Made by a program: the position numbers and the translations under genes. Positions 27,049 to 40,026 of a stretch of 64,000 bases of DNA are shown piece by piece. Numbering within the stretch: the stretch's first letter is position 1; every line of letters begins with the position of its first letter. Under the pieces are notes generated by a model. That model did not search any database. It saw only the letters and a program-made list of their open reading frames with translations, and was not told the origin of the DNA. Origin of the DNA: Octopus vulgaris (lineage: Eukaryota); assembly GCA_951406725.2 (NCBI GenBank), contig OX597838.1, positions 42,160,001 through 42,224,000 of the forward strand, in the 5' to 3' direction.

Positions 27049-27899
27049 CTAAACAAGAAATACAAACAGCTTTAAAACAGTTCGGTCCATGCATTTTATT
27101 CTTTGTATTGAGAGAATAAGGGACGGTTTGTTTGTTTTGATCCTTGTTGATTATTCACGTTTCATTCAACAGTTTTGATGAAGACAAGATTTTTATATCA
27201 AGTTATAGATTTATAATTTCATTCCCTTTCTCTCAGTTTGTGAATATTCTCGAGTTGTTCAGCAAACTTGAACTCACGTCAATTAGATTTAAAAGAAAAA
27301 AACTTTCACCAATGAAGATCTTACACAAAACCATAAGGACAGCAAATATCAACCTTTTTTGTTGAGGGTTCACCCGACAAGAAGCAAAGCAAGGACAACA
27401 GGTAGGATAACATTCAGGTGTCAGGGTGCAACCCCCACCACCATCACCACTTTGTTTCTGATTTAGGCAAAGGACAGCAATTTTGAGGGGAGTGGGGGGG
27501 GGTTAGTCGATACCGTTGGCTCCTGTACTTGACTTAAACTTTATTTTATCGAACCCCACCCCCACTACCTCCAAAAGGATAAAAGACAAGATTGACCTTG
27601 GCAGGATTTGAACCCAAACTGCAAACATCCAGAATGAATTCCTCCACAAAGAAAATTTGTTTGAAGCTCTAATAATCTCACCAATCAATAACCAATCAAT
27701 AGCCCTCAATCCCATTTGCATAACTGAAATAAACTCGCACAATATAGATCTGTCTGGAGTGCAGAAGACTTACAAAAGCAGTTGAACCAGTAAACAACAG
27801 CACCAAAGGGGGTCCCTGTGAAATTAACAAAGCTTTATCTTTATGGTATAATCCTGAATATATTGAATGAGATCCCGCAATGAATTAGGGGACAACAAC

Positions 27900-28520
27900 G
27901 AGTTAATGGTTAATAATATACTCTTCAGAAGATATAAATACAAAGGACTTCCAGATGATGGACCTCAATGCATCAAGCATAGTAACTCTGGGGGATTTTG
28001 TCATCACTAACTGAAAATGGCAAATTAGGGGTTATGATGTTAACCCCTATTGAGTCTGGACCTCAGTGAATCCAGAGCAATTCTAAGGGGTTTTGACATT
28101 ACTAACTACGAAATAAAAAAGGTAAAGAAATGCCATGATCATCTTGATTATTGGGATTGGTTCAAGAAGCTCAAACTTTATTGCTTCTAATGCTGCCACA
28201 AGCACCATACCATTTATATGATGTGGAAAATATTACAACAGCTTTGCCCAAATGATGGCATCAACTTTAAAATTCACTCAAGCCTTGGACCCCTTGCCAT
28301 CTATCCACTACAAAAGTTATGCTTGTCTCACATCACAACACTATTTTGAGGACTTTTTCACCTTGCCTGATGCTGTGTCCTTTAACCTCATTCCAAGACA
28401 CATAAGAAAAAGATCTAACATGCAAACAGTTCCTGGATGAATATCTCCATCAAATTCCAGGTAAAACACCTACACCTAAATATATCTCTACAAGCAACAA
28501 CTCTTTACTCGAATGAGCTA
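27900..28520 (+). mobile_element. Old LINE 3' remnant (a different CR1/L2-like family)
   Basis: Frameshifted peptides YMMWKILQQLCPNDGINFK and FNLIPRHIRK...LDEYLHQIPG..TPKY..NNSLLE resemble LINE ORF2 C-termini; boundaries approximate. Confidence 0.55.
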
Positions 28521-30102
28521 GAATGCCTGAAGAATGACTGTAAAATGAAACATCATTAAATGTCTTTTCCAAGTGGTGCCTGAGCCAATTCTGGCTGAAA
28601 TTTATCTAAGTAACAGATTAGCAGCTATGGTGCTGCCCTCTGCTCAATCTGAGTCTCAGTGGCTGCTTAGAAAATCTTATCTGAAGGATCTTACCATTAC
28701 TGGCCCCAAATAACATATTACTGATTGTAATGCTAACTTTTGCCGAGTCCAGAGCAAGCTTTATTTACAGGAGAAAGATTTAATCACAAAACACAATCTC
28801 TAGTTTGAAGCAATTAAGTTTCCTTTTATGGTAATGTAATAAGATCCAACCCACGTACACAAACTCAATAGCAAATACACACACACACACACACAGATAC
28901 AGATGCACACACACACACACACAAACAGACACACATGAGAATTGCAAACATTTTGTTCTCATTGGAGCAGGAAAAAGTAGCATTTTTTTCATCTCTCTTG
29001 TCAGATTTTGAATTACATTTATGCAAAGTTAACCCCGTTTTAACGTTGGATCTCTCAAAGCCGACATCATTGATAGTGTCTGATTTTGTTTTCTTTTTAT
29101 TTTATGAAATCGAGTGAAGAAAGAGATTAATTCAAGGAAGATATAAATATATTGAGATGAAAATGATATTTTGCAAGCAAAAATTAACAAATATTCGTTA
29201 GCAACTTGTCTCGCTGTAGTCGAGAAAAATGTAGGAAAATGCAAAGAAATGAAAAAAAAAGTTGGTTGACAGGTAGAGGAGGAGATTGTGAAAAGGTAAA
29301 TGAGAAAAGAAAACAATGGAGAGAGATGGTATTTATTTTTATTGTTTATGGGGGAGGGGGGAATAAAGGAAAGCAAATATAATAGGAAGGAGTGAAATTG
29401 AAGGACAGAGAAGAGAGAGGGGGGAAGAGAAATGAAGTAAGTTTATACCTAAACAAAAAAAAAAAAAAAGAAATGAGAAAAATAAAAACCAAGAGAAAAC
29501 GAGATTGGAAAAGATGTTTAAAAATCAGAAATTCTATCTTATATTATTGCTGTTTTTAATTTAATAGTCATCAATGGTTGATCAGTGAAGGACATAATGT
29601 GTGAACAAAACTGGCAGAGGGTTTCAATGTTTGATGATCTTCAGACGAACTGTTAGAAAAGGGAGAGTAGCAGAAGACTACAAGGTTTAACTTTGCCTGC
29701 ATCCATCGGGGATTGATTAAATAAACACCAAAGTCAACTGAGTGGATCAACTGATTACAGCAGCTTTCTCTACAAATGTGGACCTGTTGCATGAGCCACG
29801 GTGGAGTTAGTAGTAAGCTCCCAGGACACCACCAACACCGCATCTGGAATGGATAATTTATCAAGAGAAAACATGATTGTCATGCTCTGCATATCAGAGG
29901 GTAGGGGCGGCTGAGGGGCACATGCCCCACTCAAGAAAAGAAGTGTGCCCTTCTAAATAATGTTAGGCCCTTTTCTCTTGGAATTGTATTGCCTTCTGGC
30001 CTCATCTCCTCCCTTCCAGCACAAATACTTGCCATTTAAATAAATGCATTGAATATTTTATTAAATAAAATTTAACACAATCTATGATATGTATTATTGG
30101 AT

Positions 30103-30214
30103 AGAGTTTAGGGTCAGAGTTAAGGATTAGGGTTAGGGTTTAGAGTGTAGTTTTAGAATTAGGTTTAAAGTTAGAATTAGGGTTATGATTTATGGTTAAG
30201 AGTTAAGAGTCAAG
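30103..30214 (+). repeat. Degenerate interstitial TTAGGG-like hexamer array
   Basis: TTAGGG, TTAGAG, TTAAGG, TTAGAA and TTATGG variants in register. Confidence 0.75.
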
Positions 30215-31223
30215 ACTGAAGCTGTCACAATTCCATTCTTTAGAAAGGCAACACAAGCACAGGGTCCATTTTTTTAGCTTGTGTGCAAAAATTAAAATGG
30301 AAGGGACAAGCAATTCTTACTTCAGTTTTGGACTGCCAAATGTGAGCGGAAATCCTTTTGATATCCAGAGGATAAAAAAAAAAGGAAACAAACTTCCCAT
30401 CAGTTTCGGCAAATTAGCAGCAATCATTCTAATTATATTTATATCTTTACACGACTTGGAGAATCACAATTCTGGATTTTGGTTTTAGTCTCCAATTTTT
30501 TATCAAACCTATATATACATATTATAATAAATGTGAAGTCAAATGTGGTGGTGGGGTCTAAAGAAATGTCAGCCCAAAGTTTAGCAGGTGAGGATTCTTC
30601 AGAGGAGATACACAGGGGGTGGGGGAGGACTGATGAATCTTCAGGTGTAAACATTAGGAGTAAGAATCCTGATGCATCATCACCAACAGCACCACCACCA
30701 CCACTATACAATACTAACACTTATTCCATTAACAGCAGTCATGGGAACCACTACCTGCCAGAAATAACAGAGAAATCTCCCCAAATCACACTCTAAATGA
30801 AAGGCGTGGGGCCAAGTTTGGAACATCTTAGATTAACGCTGACCTACGATTAAACAACAACCGTCATTCCGGGTTTTCTTAATCCTGATAGAAATTTGTG
30901 AAAATAATAAATAAAGTGAAATGGGAAACAAGACCTCAAAATTCCTTGACTTGTCGTCTGCATAGTAAATATGTTGTAGCTTATCTCTCCTCGTTACATC
31001 AATGAAAGGATTTGAAACCTTGGTGCTGGGTTTGAAGTTTGCATGTTTGCCGCTTTTACGCCTCCAAGTAATTAATTTTTTTATATACTTTCATGGGCGC
31101 AGAAATCCAACTTAGGCGGGGCATCGCATCAGTAGCCCTAAAATCGGCCCCCAACGAAACCCACAGTGCATGTAACACATGACAAGGTTGTCCCCTATCA
31201 TCATAATCATCGCAACTTCTATT

Positions 31224-31268
<45 letters not shown>

Positions 31269-31878
31269 TTAAACTTTCTCAATAAAGACATACAAAACTG
31301 GGGAATATATTTATTATTGTAATTATACAAATTATATTCTAAATGGGCTGTTGTAACTATTATCCGGGTGGGACGGCGATTCTTCAGGTGGTCCGTTAGT
31401 GTTAATATATTTAATGTAAAGGACTATTAAGAAATCGATGAATAATATTCATTTGACAAATTAATAAATATCAGAGCATCAGATTAAAATACTTTGAAAT
31501 ATTTAGTTATCTATCTCTCTTCTCATTTCAAATTCTGCCAAGATAAATGTTGTAAAATAAAGAACTAATCAAGTACTGGATCGATCGATATAATTGACTT
31601 TAATCTCTCCCCTAAATTTAAGGTTTTATATCTATATTAAAGATCGATATTATTTTCATGTAAAAGCATATTTTTCTTTAAAATGAACATTTCTGAGTCT
31701 ATGTTAAGCAATTAATGTTTTCTACATCGGTAAATACTCGAATATTAGAGAAAATATGAAAATGTGTTGTGTTTGTACCGTTAAACACACTTAGCTCATG
31801 TATTAACATGTAAAGAGGAAAGAAGAAGATTTAAAACCATGTACATTGGATCCACACAAAATATAAGCGAATATTTAC

Positions 31879-32210
31879 CACTGAGTCCAGGGTGGGTTCG
31901 AGTTATCGAGGACCTGGTGCCATTTTTTATGCCAGACTAAATCTTCGGCCGCTTTAGCCCAGAATGTGGTTGGATCTTGCAGGGCTTGCTTAAAGTTTTC
32001 TTCGTATGTGTCAATATAACCAGGTGGAGAGGACTGGAGTAAACATCGACTTGTTGAATAGAATCGAAAATTAAATGGCAATAGTTTGTATTGGGGACCA
32101 GCTTTAAGAGACAGGAGTAGAGATTTTGGAGTAAGAAATCGTTTGATTAACAGGTGAGGACAGGTAAGCATCGTTCCAGCCTTGTTTAACTTGAGTGCTA
32201 TTGCAGCCAT
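31879..32210 (-). CDS. ACSS3: ACSS3-like acyl-CoA synthetase, coding exon 1 (mitochondrial-type presequence + N-terminal domain)
   Basis: ATG at 32210; MAAIALKLNK...DPTTFWAKAAEDLVWHKKWHQVLDNSNPPWTQ matches the acetyl/propionyl-CoA synthetase N-terminus; donor TG|GTAAAT, phase 2. Confidence 0.93.
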
Positions 32211-32299
32211 TGTGACGAAAGTACATCAGTATTCCTTTAAGCATGCGAACTTCTTCAAGCGTGACCAAACCTGATCAACTCCGCTCACATTACTCCTCT

Positions 32300-32309
32300 G
32301 TCATGTGAC
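32300..32309. promoter_or_regulatory. M-box/CLEAR-like bHLH-ZIP motif upstream of ACSS3
   Basis: GTCATGTGAC about 90 bp upstream of the ATG; motif match only. Confidence 0.3.
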
Positions 32310-32475
32310 CAAACCAACTGGGACATAAAATTTACTGGAGTTCATTCAGGTAAAAATGTAGTATATGGAAATAAACAAAAATAGATATAGAAAATATAAG
32401 AAAAAAGATATTTATGAGGTTAGATGAGCTGGAGATTAAATCTCTCGGTTAATGTTCAGTATCTCAGGTATTTAT

Positions 32476-32805
32476 TGGTGAGCTGGCAGAAACGTTAGCA
32501 TACCGGACGAAATGCTTAGCGGTATTTCGTCTGCCGCTACGTTCTGAGTTCAAATTCCGCCGAGGTCGACTTTGCCTTTCATCCTTTCGGGGTCGATAAA
32601 TTAAGTACCAGTTACGCACTGGAGTCGATGTAATCGACTTAATACCTATGTCTGTCCTTGTTTGTCCCCTCTATGGTAGTGGTTCCCATGACTGCTGTCA
32701 ATGGAATAAGTGTTAGTATTGTATAGTGGTGGTGGTGGTGCTGTTGGTGATGATGCATCAGGATTCTTACTCCTAATGTTTACACCTTGTGGGTAATAAA
32801 GAAAT
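32476..32805 (+). mobile_element. tRNA-derived SINE (family C) with TSD and an internal 113-bp foreign insert
   Basis: Same family as 49557-49787; TSD AGGTATTTAT at 32466 and 32806. Confidence 0.85.
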
Positions 32806-34713
32806 AGGTATTTATCATCCGCAATAAAGCCCTTGTCCCCGACGGATCCGAACCCTAAAACTCTCGCTGATAACAAATCTTCAAAATGTTTTAAGTGCAT
32901 AGAAGGATTATTATATTTTCCAGCAAAATAACGAAAAGACATTAAATGTTTTCAATAATAAAGAAAAAAAAAGACATTGGTCGTCCTCTCACTTTTTCTT
33001 TTGTATAACTTCTACTAAACTAAGACTTATTAAAATATTTGGTAAATTAATCATTAAAAAATCTTTTTAATGAATTTTCTTTTTTCAAAATTTTAATTAT
33101 TACTTGTTCTTTTTGTTTTTTTCTTCTTAATCCCCATGTTTCTGTCCTACTTTGTGAGAGCTTTGTTCTGCTCCGAATAAATGATGTCTATTCGATTTAT
33201 ATTGATCCAATACAGACCAGGTATTATTTTATGAATTCCAGTGAGAAGGGCTGAGGATAATTAAAAAAAAAGTTAATGTTGGCGTCGGCTGCGATTGAAC
33301 TCGGAAGAGCGAGATACAAAAATCGGTAAATATTTACGGGGGAGGGGGTGAAATTTCCGCGGGTTCCACCCCACTCCACCCCCTTTTCCTGACAAAAGTG
33401 TGTTTTGCGGCACATGAGGAGGTCGCCGTAATTCATTCAACGAAAAAATTCCAATAATTCTGTGGAGGGGTCGGTTGCCCACCACTCCCTATTTTCCGAA
33501 CAAAAATAAGGGGTTTGCGGCACATTAGGCGGTCAGGGTAGTTGATTCCACGCGGAAAATCCGAGTTTTTTCAAGGGTTTTTTTTGTTTATTTGTTTTTT
33601 TTTTTTGTTTTTCATTGAAAAGCGTGGTGTGTTTGTAAAAATTTACCTCAAAATCAAACATTTAGATTAAGTGCCTGGCTCTTTCCACCTGATCAACTGT
33701 CATTGCATTTGTGCACGCTCATAAATTTAGAGGGCAGAAAAACTGCAAAATCGATTGAATCCACATGAAAATACATAACTAGCACTGATTTTATTGATCC
33801 CAGAAGGATAAAAAATTGAAGCTGAAACTTGCAGGATCTGAAATTAGAACACACACACACACTCAAAAGATGGCCAAATAATGAAATATACTTTCTCCAA
33901 GATACTTTTTTTTTTTGCCATATCCCGGATCAGGCCCGTCACCAGATTTTGGTGCCTGGGGATGCTTCAGAATATTCTGGGTGGGCACTATTTTATAATA
34001 ATGTTTCGAAATAAATGTATCACTGTAATTCTGTGGGAATAGCAAAGGGACAGTGCTGCCCAGTGCACCCCCTTAACGACGGGTATATCCCGGCTTCTTA
34101 TATTTTAAAACTGCAAACCGTCTGTGGAACTCGAAGTGTATGCTCCGCTCGTCGATTGTGCTACGCTGGACTTTGCAAGGTCCCAGCTCAATAACGGTTT
34201 CTAACTTAGACACAAGGCCAGCAATTTTGAGACATGTTTATAGATACCATCGACCCTAGTACTTGATTGGTACTTTATTTTATCGACCACGAAAGGATGA
34301 AAGGCAAAGATTTAGCAAAGAAAGGCAAAGCTGATCTTGGCAGGATTTGAACTCAAATCATAAAGGGCCTTAAATTAAGATCGGAAGGCAGTATTTAGCA
34401 TTTGTCTGACGTTCTAACAATTCTGTCAACAATTGTTTAGGCACAATGACAATAATTTTGACATCGATTTCAGTACTTGATTGATATTTCATTTAATCGA
34501 CCTTGAACAGATGAGAGGCAAGTTAACCTCAATGGGAGTTGAACTCAGAATAAGAATGTAAAGAGCCGGAACAGATATCGCCAAGTATTTCCTTGACGTT
34601 CGAACAATTCTGCTAATAATAATAAGCGTTGAGGTATGACGTATTCTGCTGAATGATGTGCATTGAGAAATTCTCATTCAGTCAGGATTGTTGGTGGCAA
34701 ATAAAATGAAATT

Positions 34714-34748
<35 letters not shown>

Positions 34749-36486
34749 GATTATTATTATTATTGAGTGAATCAGTCAGATATCTTAAGAATCGGGGATT
34801 CAACAGGGAGGTTCATTAGTTCCGCACTTTTTACTTTAGCAATCAATTGTGCAGCTTAAAGAATGTCTAGTACGTTGACGATATTGATATTGGTGCTGAT
34901 TCGCTCCGGGTATAGAACTTTGTCGAACAACTTATTAAGGATCTGCGGCATTAACCATGATTTAGATGAGAAAGAAAAAAACCTAGCCGAGATGTTCAGG
35001 CGTCGTCTATCAGCCGCCATCAATTCTCATCCTCACATTTGATTGCTCCTCAGAGTAACGTTTACTGATCCAGGCCTTCCAATGGCTACCTTGTCAAACA
35101 TACAACGTTTCCATACTTTCCCAGACAATACTTATAATGTAGAATGATATGAAGCTTTTTTTTATTCTTAAAAATTATATGTTGATATCAAAAATGATTT
35201 ATCTGTAAAGAAGACGTCTTACTTTTAAATTTGTCAATCTTTTAACTGATTTCAATCTGGTCGTAAAACAAATGTTGATGATTGTTCTTATCTGAGTACA
35301 AACCTCTTTACTTCTGTATGATGGTAGTTTTTTTGTATTCTTACAGCTGTAGAGATATTTATTTCATTACCTTGCTTCTAATCATCTTTCTATTCTTCTG
35401 TTTCACATGTAACAAAGAGCATCCTCTCCTGCATTAACAGAAATTCTCATTCCTTTAGAAAAGTGGAGATAGTTTTCACAAAGTAGACAAATCCGAACAA
35501 AGAGGTACCTTCAAATGGAACACATCAACAAGCGTGGAACACTGTTTTGATATGATCAAAAGTTGATAGACGTATTAGACGTACATGGAAGACATTCGGG
35601 TGCGTGGATCATCGACCTTACTTACTCAGTGGCGGATGCAGAGGTGCTGCCTTAGTTGCCCGGGCAACACTCTTTCTAGCTGAACCGACACCAAAAAAAT
35701 CAAGACCAAAGATGTTCACATTACTTTTTCATACGTATATGGTCTGCTACAACAAGGTTAGAATACACAAAAGTGTGTCCATTTGTTAGGAATTGCGATT
35801 CCCACCTTACATAGTATATTTTAGGAAACTTTTGGGCACCCCCTCCAACAAAGTCATGGATCTCCCCTGCTTACCAATTATTAACACAGACGATTCATTA
35901 GCAACAATAGAAATACAAATCGCGACAACATTGAGAATGTTGCTATTATTTGTGTTCCAAGCAAATGTCATAGAGGAAAATGTATAAATCGCTTAGTATT
36001 TCCAGGGCTTCCCTGACCCTTAAACGCTGACAGGTGGCATATCTGCAACAAGTGTTCCCCCACACACACACTCCGAATTTGTATCCTAATAACTTCCAGA
36101 AAAATGAATATCTTTCAATGAAATTTTTTACAAATACGCTTCAGATGGTGTAGATTTTGACTATAACGGAATTTGTTGTGAAAAATATTTTCCGGGGGTT
36201 GGGAAAGCAGTTTCGGAAAACTTACACGTGCCAGTTTCGTTTCCTCGTAACTTTCAGGAAAATGGGAATTTTTTTCAATGAAATTCTGTACAAATGCCTT
36301 CCGGGGTGTGTAGATTACGATTTTATGAAGATTTAATATGGAAAAAAAAGTAATTGTTTGCCGTGCACACATACAAATTGATACACATAACATATATCTA
36401 CAAAATGAAACTTGAAGTTTCGATAAAAATTGTGATGTGTGTCAGTGTGTATGTGTGCGTGCCAACCATTTTTTTTTTTCCACATT

Positions 36487-37685
36487 AAATAATAAAATAA
36501 TAATGAAATTATTGTATACAGTGCTCAGGTGCACCACAACTTGTCAGAAAGTGCATATAAAGTACATGCAGTAGTGTAGAAATGTCTGGGTGTATGGAGG
36601 GGAGAAAATCAAGTGTAGTGTTGGCGAATCTCAGGAAGCATGGAAGTCTTGAAGGAAGCAGTGCTCCGACAACTAACAACCGATGTCGGCAGTTTGTTCC
36701 ACGCTTCAGCAACTCTCAGCGTGAAAAAATGTTTCTTGAAGTCATGGGAGCTGTGCTGTTTTCTTACTTTGTAAATATGTCCACGGGTGTTAGATGGGTG
36801 GAGTTTGAAGAGGTGCTCAGAGTTATTGTTTGTGCGATGGGTGATAATTTTATGGGTGTCTGCCAAGTCAGCTGCCAGACGTCGGAGTTTCAATGTGTCC
36901 ATGCCCAGGGAGGTAAGGCGTTCAGGATATGGCAAATGCCTGATGGAGGGTATTCTTTTGTTTGCACGTCGCTGAACAGCTTCCAGACGATTGATGTCCT
37001 GGGCAAGATAGGGGCTCCAGACCGGCGATGCAAATTCCAGGTGAGGTCTTACCATAGCTATATACAGCCGCAGATAGATAGCCGGAGAGCGGCTCACAAA
37101 GGATTTGGTGAGTGATGCCAAGACACCCTCAGCCTTCTTGACAATTTTAGCGATGTGTTTTGTCCAACGCAAATCGCTGTCGACAATAACACCCAGGTCA
37201 CGTTCACTTGAAGACTTTTTGAGACTAGTGTTGTGGAGGGAGTAGGTGGACGCTGGGTTTCTCCTCCCAAAATGCATGGTGGTACATTTGTCCACAGCCA
37301 GCTTGAGTTGCCAGTCCATGATCCACTGCTGCATTGTGTCCAGGTCTGCTTGCAATAGAGATCCATAGTGTATAGGATTTGACCTCTTTATTTCGAGGTA
37401 CAGCTTGATGTCATCTGCATATTTCAGCACTGTAGCATTCTTTAAGTTGGCATCTATGTCATTAACATATGCAACAAATAAAAGGGGGCCAAGAACAGAT
37501 CCCTGCGGCACACCAGATGTCATCTCATAGGGCGAAGAGTGCTGTCCTAGAACTGTGACAACCTCTTTTCGGCCGAAAATAAAGGACTTTAACCAGTTAT
37601 AGAGTTCGTCTCTTACACCCAACGCAGAAAGCTTCACCATAAGTCTTTTGTGTGGCACAGAGTTAAAAGCCTTAGCAAAGTCCAA
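36487..37685 (-). mobile_element. 5'-truncated CR1/L2-group LINE with an open reverse transcriptase C-terminal frame
   Basis: Uninterrupted 358-aa frame 37685-36609 with DFAKAF, GVPQGSVLGPLLF, YADD and RPHLE..SPVW; short 3' UTR ending in an (ATT)-rich tail near 36490. Confidence 0.95.
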
Positions 37686-38934
37686 TATAATTGTAATCTA
37701 CACACTCTGAAAGATAGTTGTAGAAAATCTCATTGAAAAATACCCATTTTCCTGAAAGCTATGAGGAGAAAAAGCCGACTCGTGTGAATTTTCTGAAACT
37801 CTTCTCTTCACAACAAATTTCGATTCTGAAGCGTATTTACAGATTAATTTCATAAACAAAACTCATTTTTCTGGAAGTTATAAAGAAACAAAGTCCGTGG
37901 GAAGGAGGACACTTGTGTAAGTATGTCCTCATAGGTTTCCAAAAACTCAGAGATCAACGGGAATATGAAACAGCCATTTCCTTCAACTGGTATTCGGTCT
38001 CAAGTTGATGGCAAAAAAAACTCAAAAAAACCCCAAATGATGTGACTTTTATATCCACGGTGAATGGATGTAATACAAGGATTACATTATGATCTGTTGG
38101 AATACTACAATATATATGTAGTGAATACCATGTCTAGCAGACAGGTATTACCAGTACCGACGGAGGGTTATTCCCAGAAACCAGCTAGTCTATTGGTTCC
38201 TGTCAGCAGTAGATGGGAGTTGTTCACTCTTTTGTTTGCAATATAATGGACACAGATAGTGTGCCATTAACCAGCTGGAGGATATCTCTTCCTGGGGTTA
38301 AAAAGTGTAGTAACACTGTTCGGTATGGAACAATCTCGTTGAAGTGGTAACAACCATTACTTTTCCGTACAGTAACAACTTGCAGCTCGTACAGAGATTT
38401 TAGAACTAGCAACTTGACTGGATATATTAATACATGTATAGAGGCACAGGTGTGGCTGTGTTGTAAGAGGCTTGACAGGAGCTGGCCAGGTAGAACCCTG
38501 CACCAGACTTCTGTGACTGTTTTGGCAGGGTTTCCATGGCTGGATGCCCTTCCTAACACCAACCATTCAGCAGAGTAGATTTAGTGCTTTTTTCGTGACT
38601 CTAGCACAAGTGAGGTCAGTTTTGGCATGGTTTTTATGACTGGATACCCTTCCAAATGCCAACCACTTTACAGAGTGGACTGAGTGCTTTTTAAGTGGCA
38701 CCTGCACTGACAGGGTCACCAAGTATCTTGCAAGACAAAGAACCTTTTGAGAGTGGAGGGGGCATTGGAGGGAGGAGATCTTGTGTCAGATGATGAAAGG
38801 TTAGAGTGAGACAGAGAGAGACAGAAACAGGTTTTCTTGCTGTAGAGGAGGTACAAGATTACCTGGCTGGGGAGAGAGAGATCAAGAATGAAGATAGAAA
38901 CAGGTGTGCTGCTGCAAAGAGATACATAGTTACT

Positions 38935-39635
38935 CTACCTGCAGTGATTCCTGATTGCCCAGGGGCTTTCCCAGTCTTCATGTCCTTAATTGCCTTATCT
39001 ATTATGCTGCTATCAACTCTGATGGCTGCTCCTTCAATTGCTTTGATATTTGGTAGACTATCCATCTCCCATTCATTTTCTACATGTAGTAACCTTTCAT
39101 AGTGACCCTTCCATGCATCTTTCTTCTCTCAGTCACTAAATGCAAGCATACCATTATCCATTCACACACATCTCTATTCTCTTTGATACACTGCTTTGCA
39201 ATCCTGAACACCTCACACCTCTGATCTTCATGCTGTAGAACATTTGCAAATCTCTTCCCTTCAGCTATTCCTTCTACTATGTAAACCTGATGCCAAGCTG
39301 CCCTTCTGGCTACCTGATATAATTCTCTGTTTCCACCATTTTCTCAGTCTTTCTAGGTCTGTCTTTTGGCTTTTATAGCACTGTCTACCTCCTTGTTCCA
39401 TCACCATGTCACCCTTGGTCTAGCTGGGACTCGGCACCAACCACAGATTTCGTCTGTAGCTCTCAGTAGATTGTCCCACAGGAACTTCCAATTGTTCTCT
39501 ATGCTTTATATCTCCAACTCTTCCTCTCTTTCGTCAGAAGCTTCCATTTGGAAATCTCTAAATTTTTGTGTTTCTTGGGTCTTGGAGCCTCCATAGTCTT
39601 CTTTTCCAGATTGGTTTATTTCTCCAATCTTTCTA
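38935..39635 (-). mobile_element. Degenerate RTE-clade LINE fragment
   Basis: IEGAAIRVDSSIIDKAIKDMKTGKAPGQSGITA (region preceding the RT domain); upstream part degenerate. Confidence 0.8.
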
Positions 39636-39642
39636 GCTCTAA

Positions 39643-39705
<63 letters not shown>

Positions 39706-39884
39706 GATATATATGTATATATATGAACATATACACATATATGTACATACATATATATATATATATACATACACACTTAGCTACAATAGTGACAACATGG
39801 ATTTCTTCCATCTTCTTGCTCCGTTAAAGTATTTGAGAAAAAATATATATTAATGTGTCCAACTAGTTAAAATTCTATTCATTT

Positions 39885-39972
39885 GTGCAGCTGATGATAG
39901 CTCTGCATTTAAATTGATGTAAAGATTGCATTGTTCAGTTAAATAGAGCCACTTGAAATGGTTGTACTGCAT
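39885..39972 (+). ncRNA. Type I hammerhead ribozyme motif, partly decayed
   Basis: Stem I TGCAG/CTGCA; CTGATGA 39891-97; long stem II GCTCT..ATTTAA/TTAAAT AGAGC; GAAA 39955-58; GTA 39964-66. Confidence 0.6.
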
Positions 39973-40026
39973 CAATTCTTGATATCCTGTTGCTTATTTT
40001 GATTTTATACAAATGTATATATATAT

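Noticed and set aside
30643-32787. Inversion of ACSS3 exon 1 bounded by the inverted duplicates
   Set aside because: Exon 1 is co-oriented and in phase with exon 2, and the SINE is continuous with TSDs on both sides of the insert.
36582-37115. 177-aa plus-strand ORF
   Set aside because: It is the antisense shadow of the LINE RT frame.
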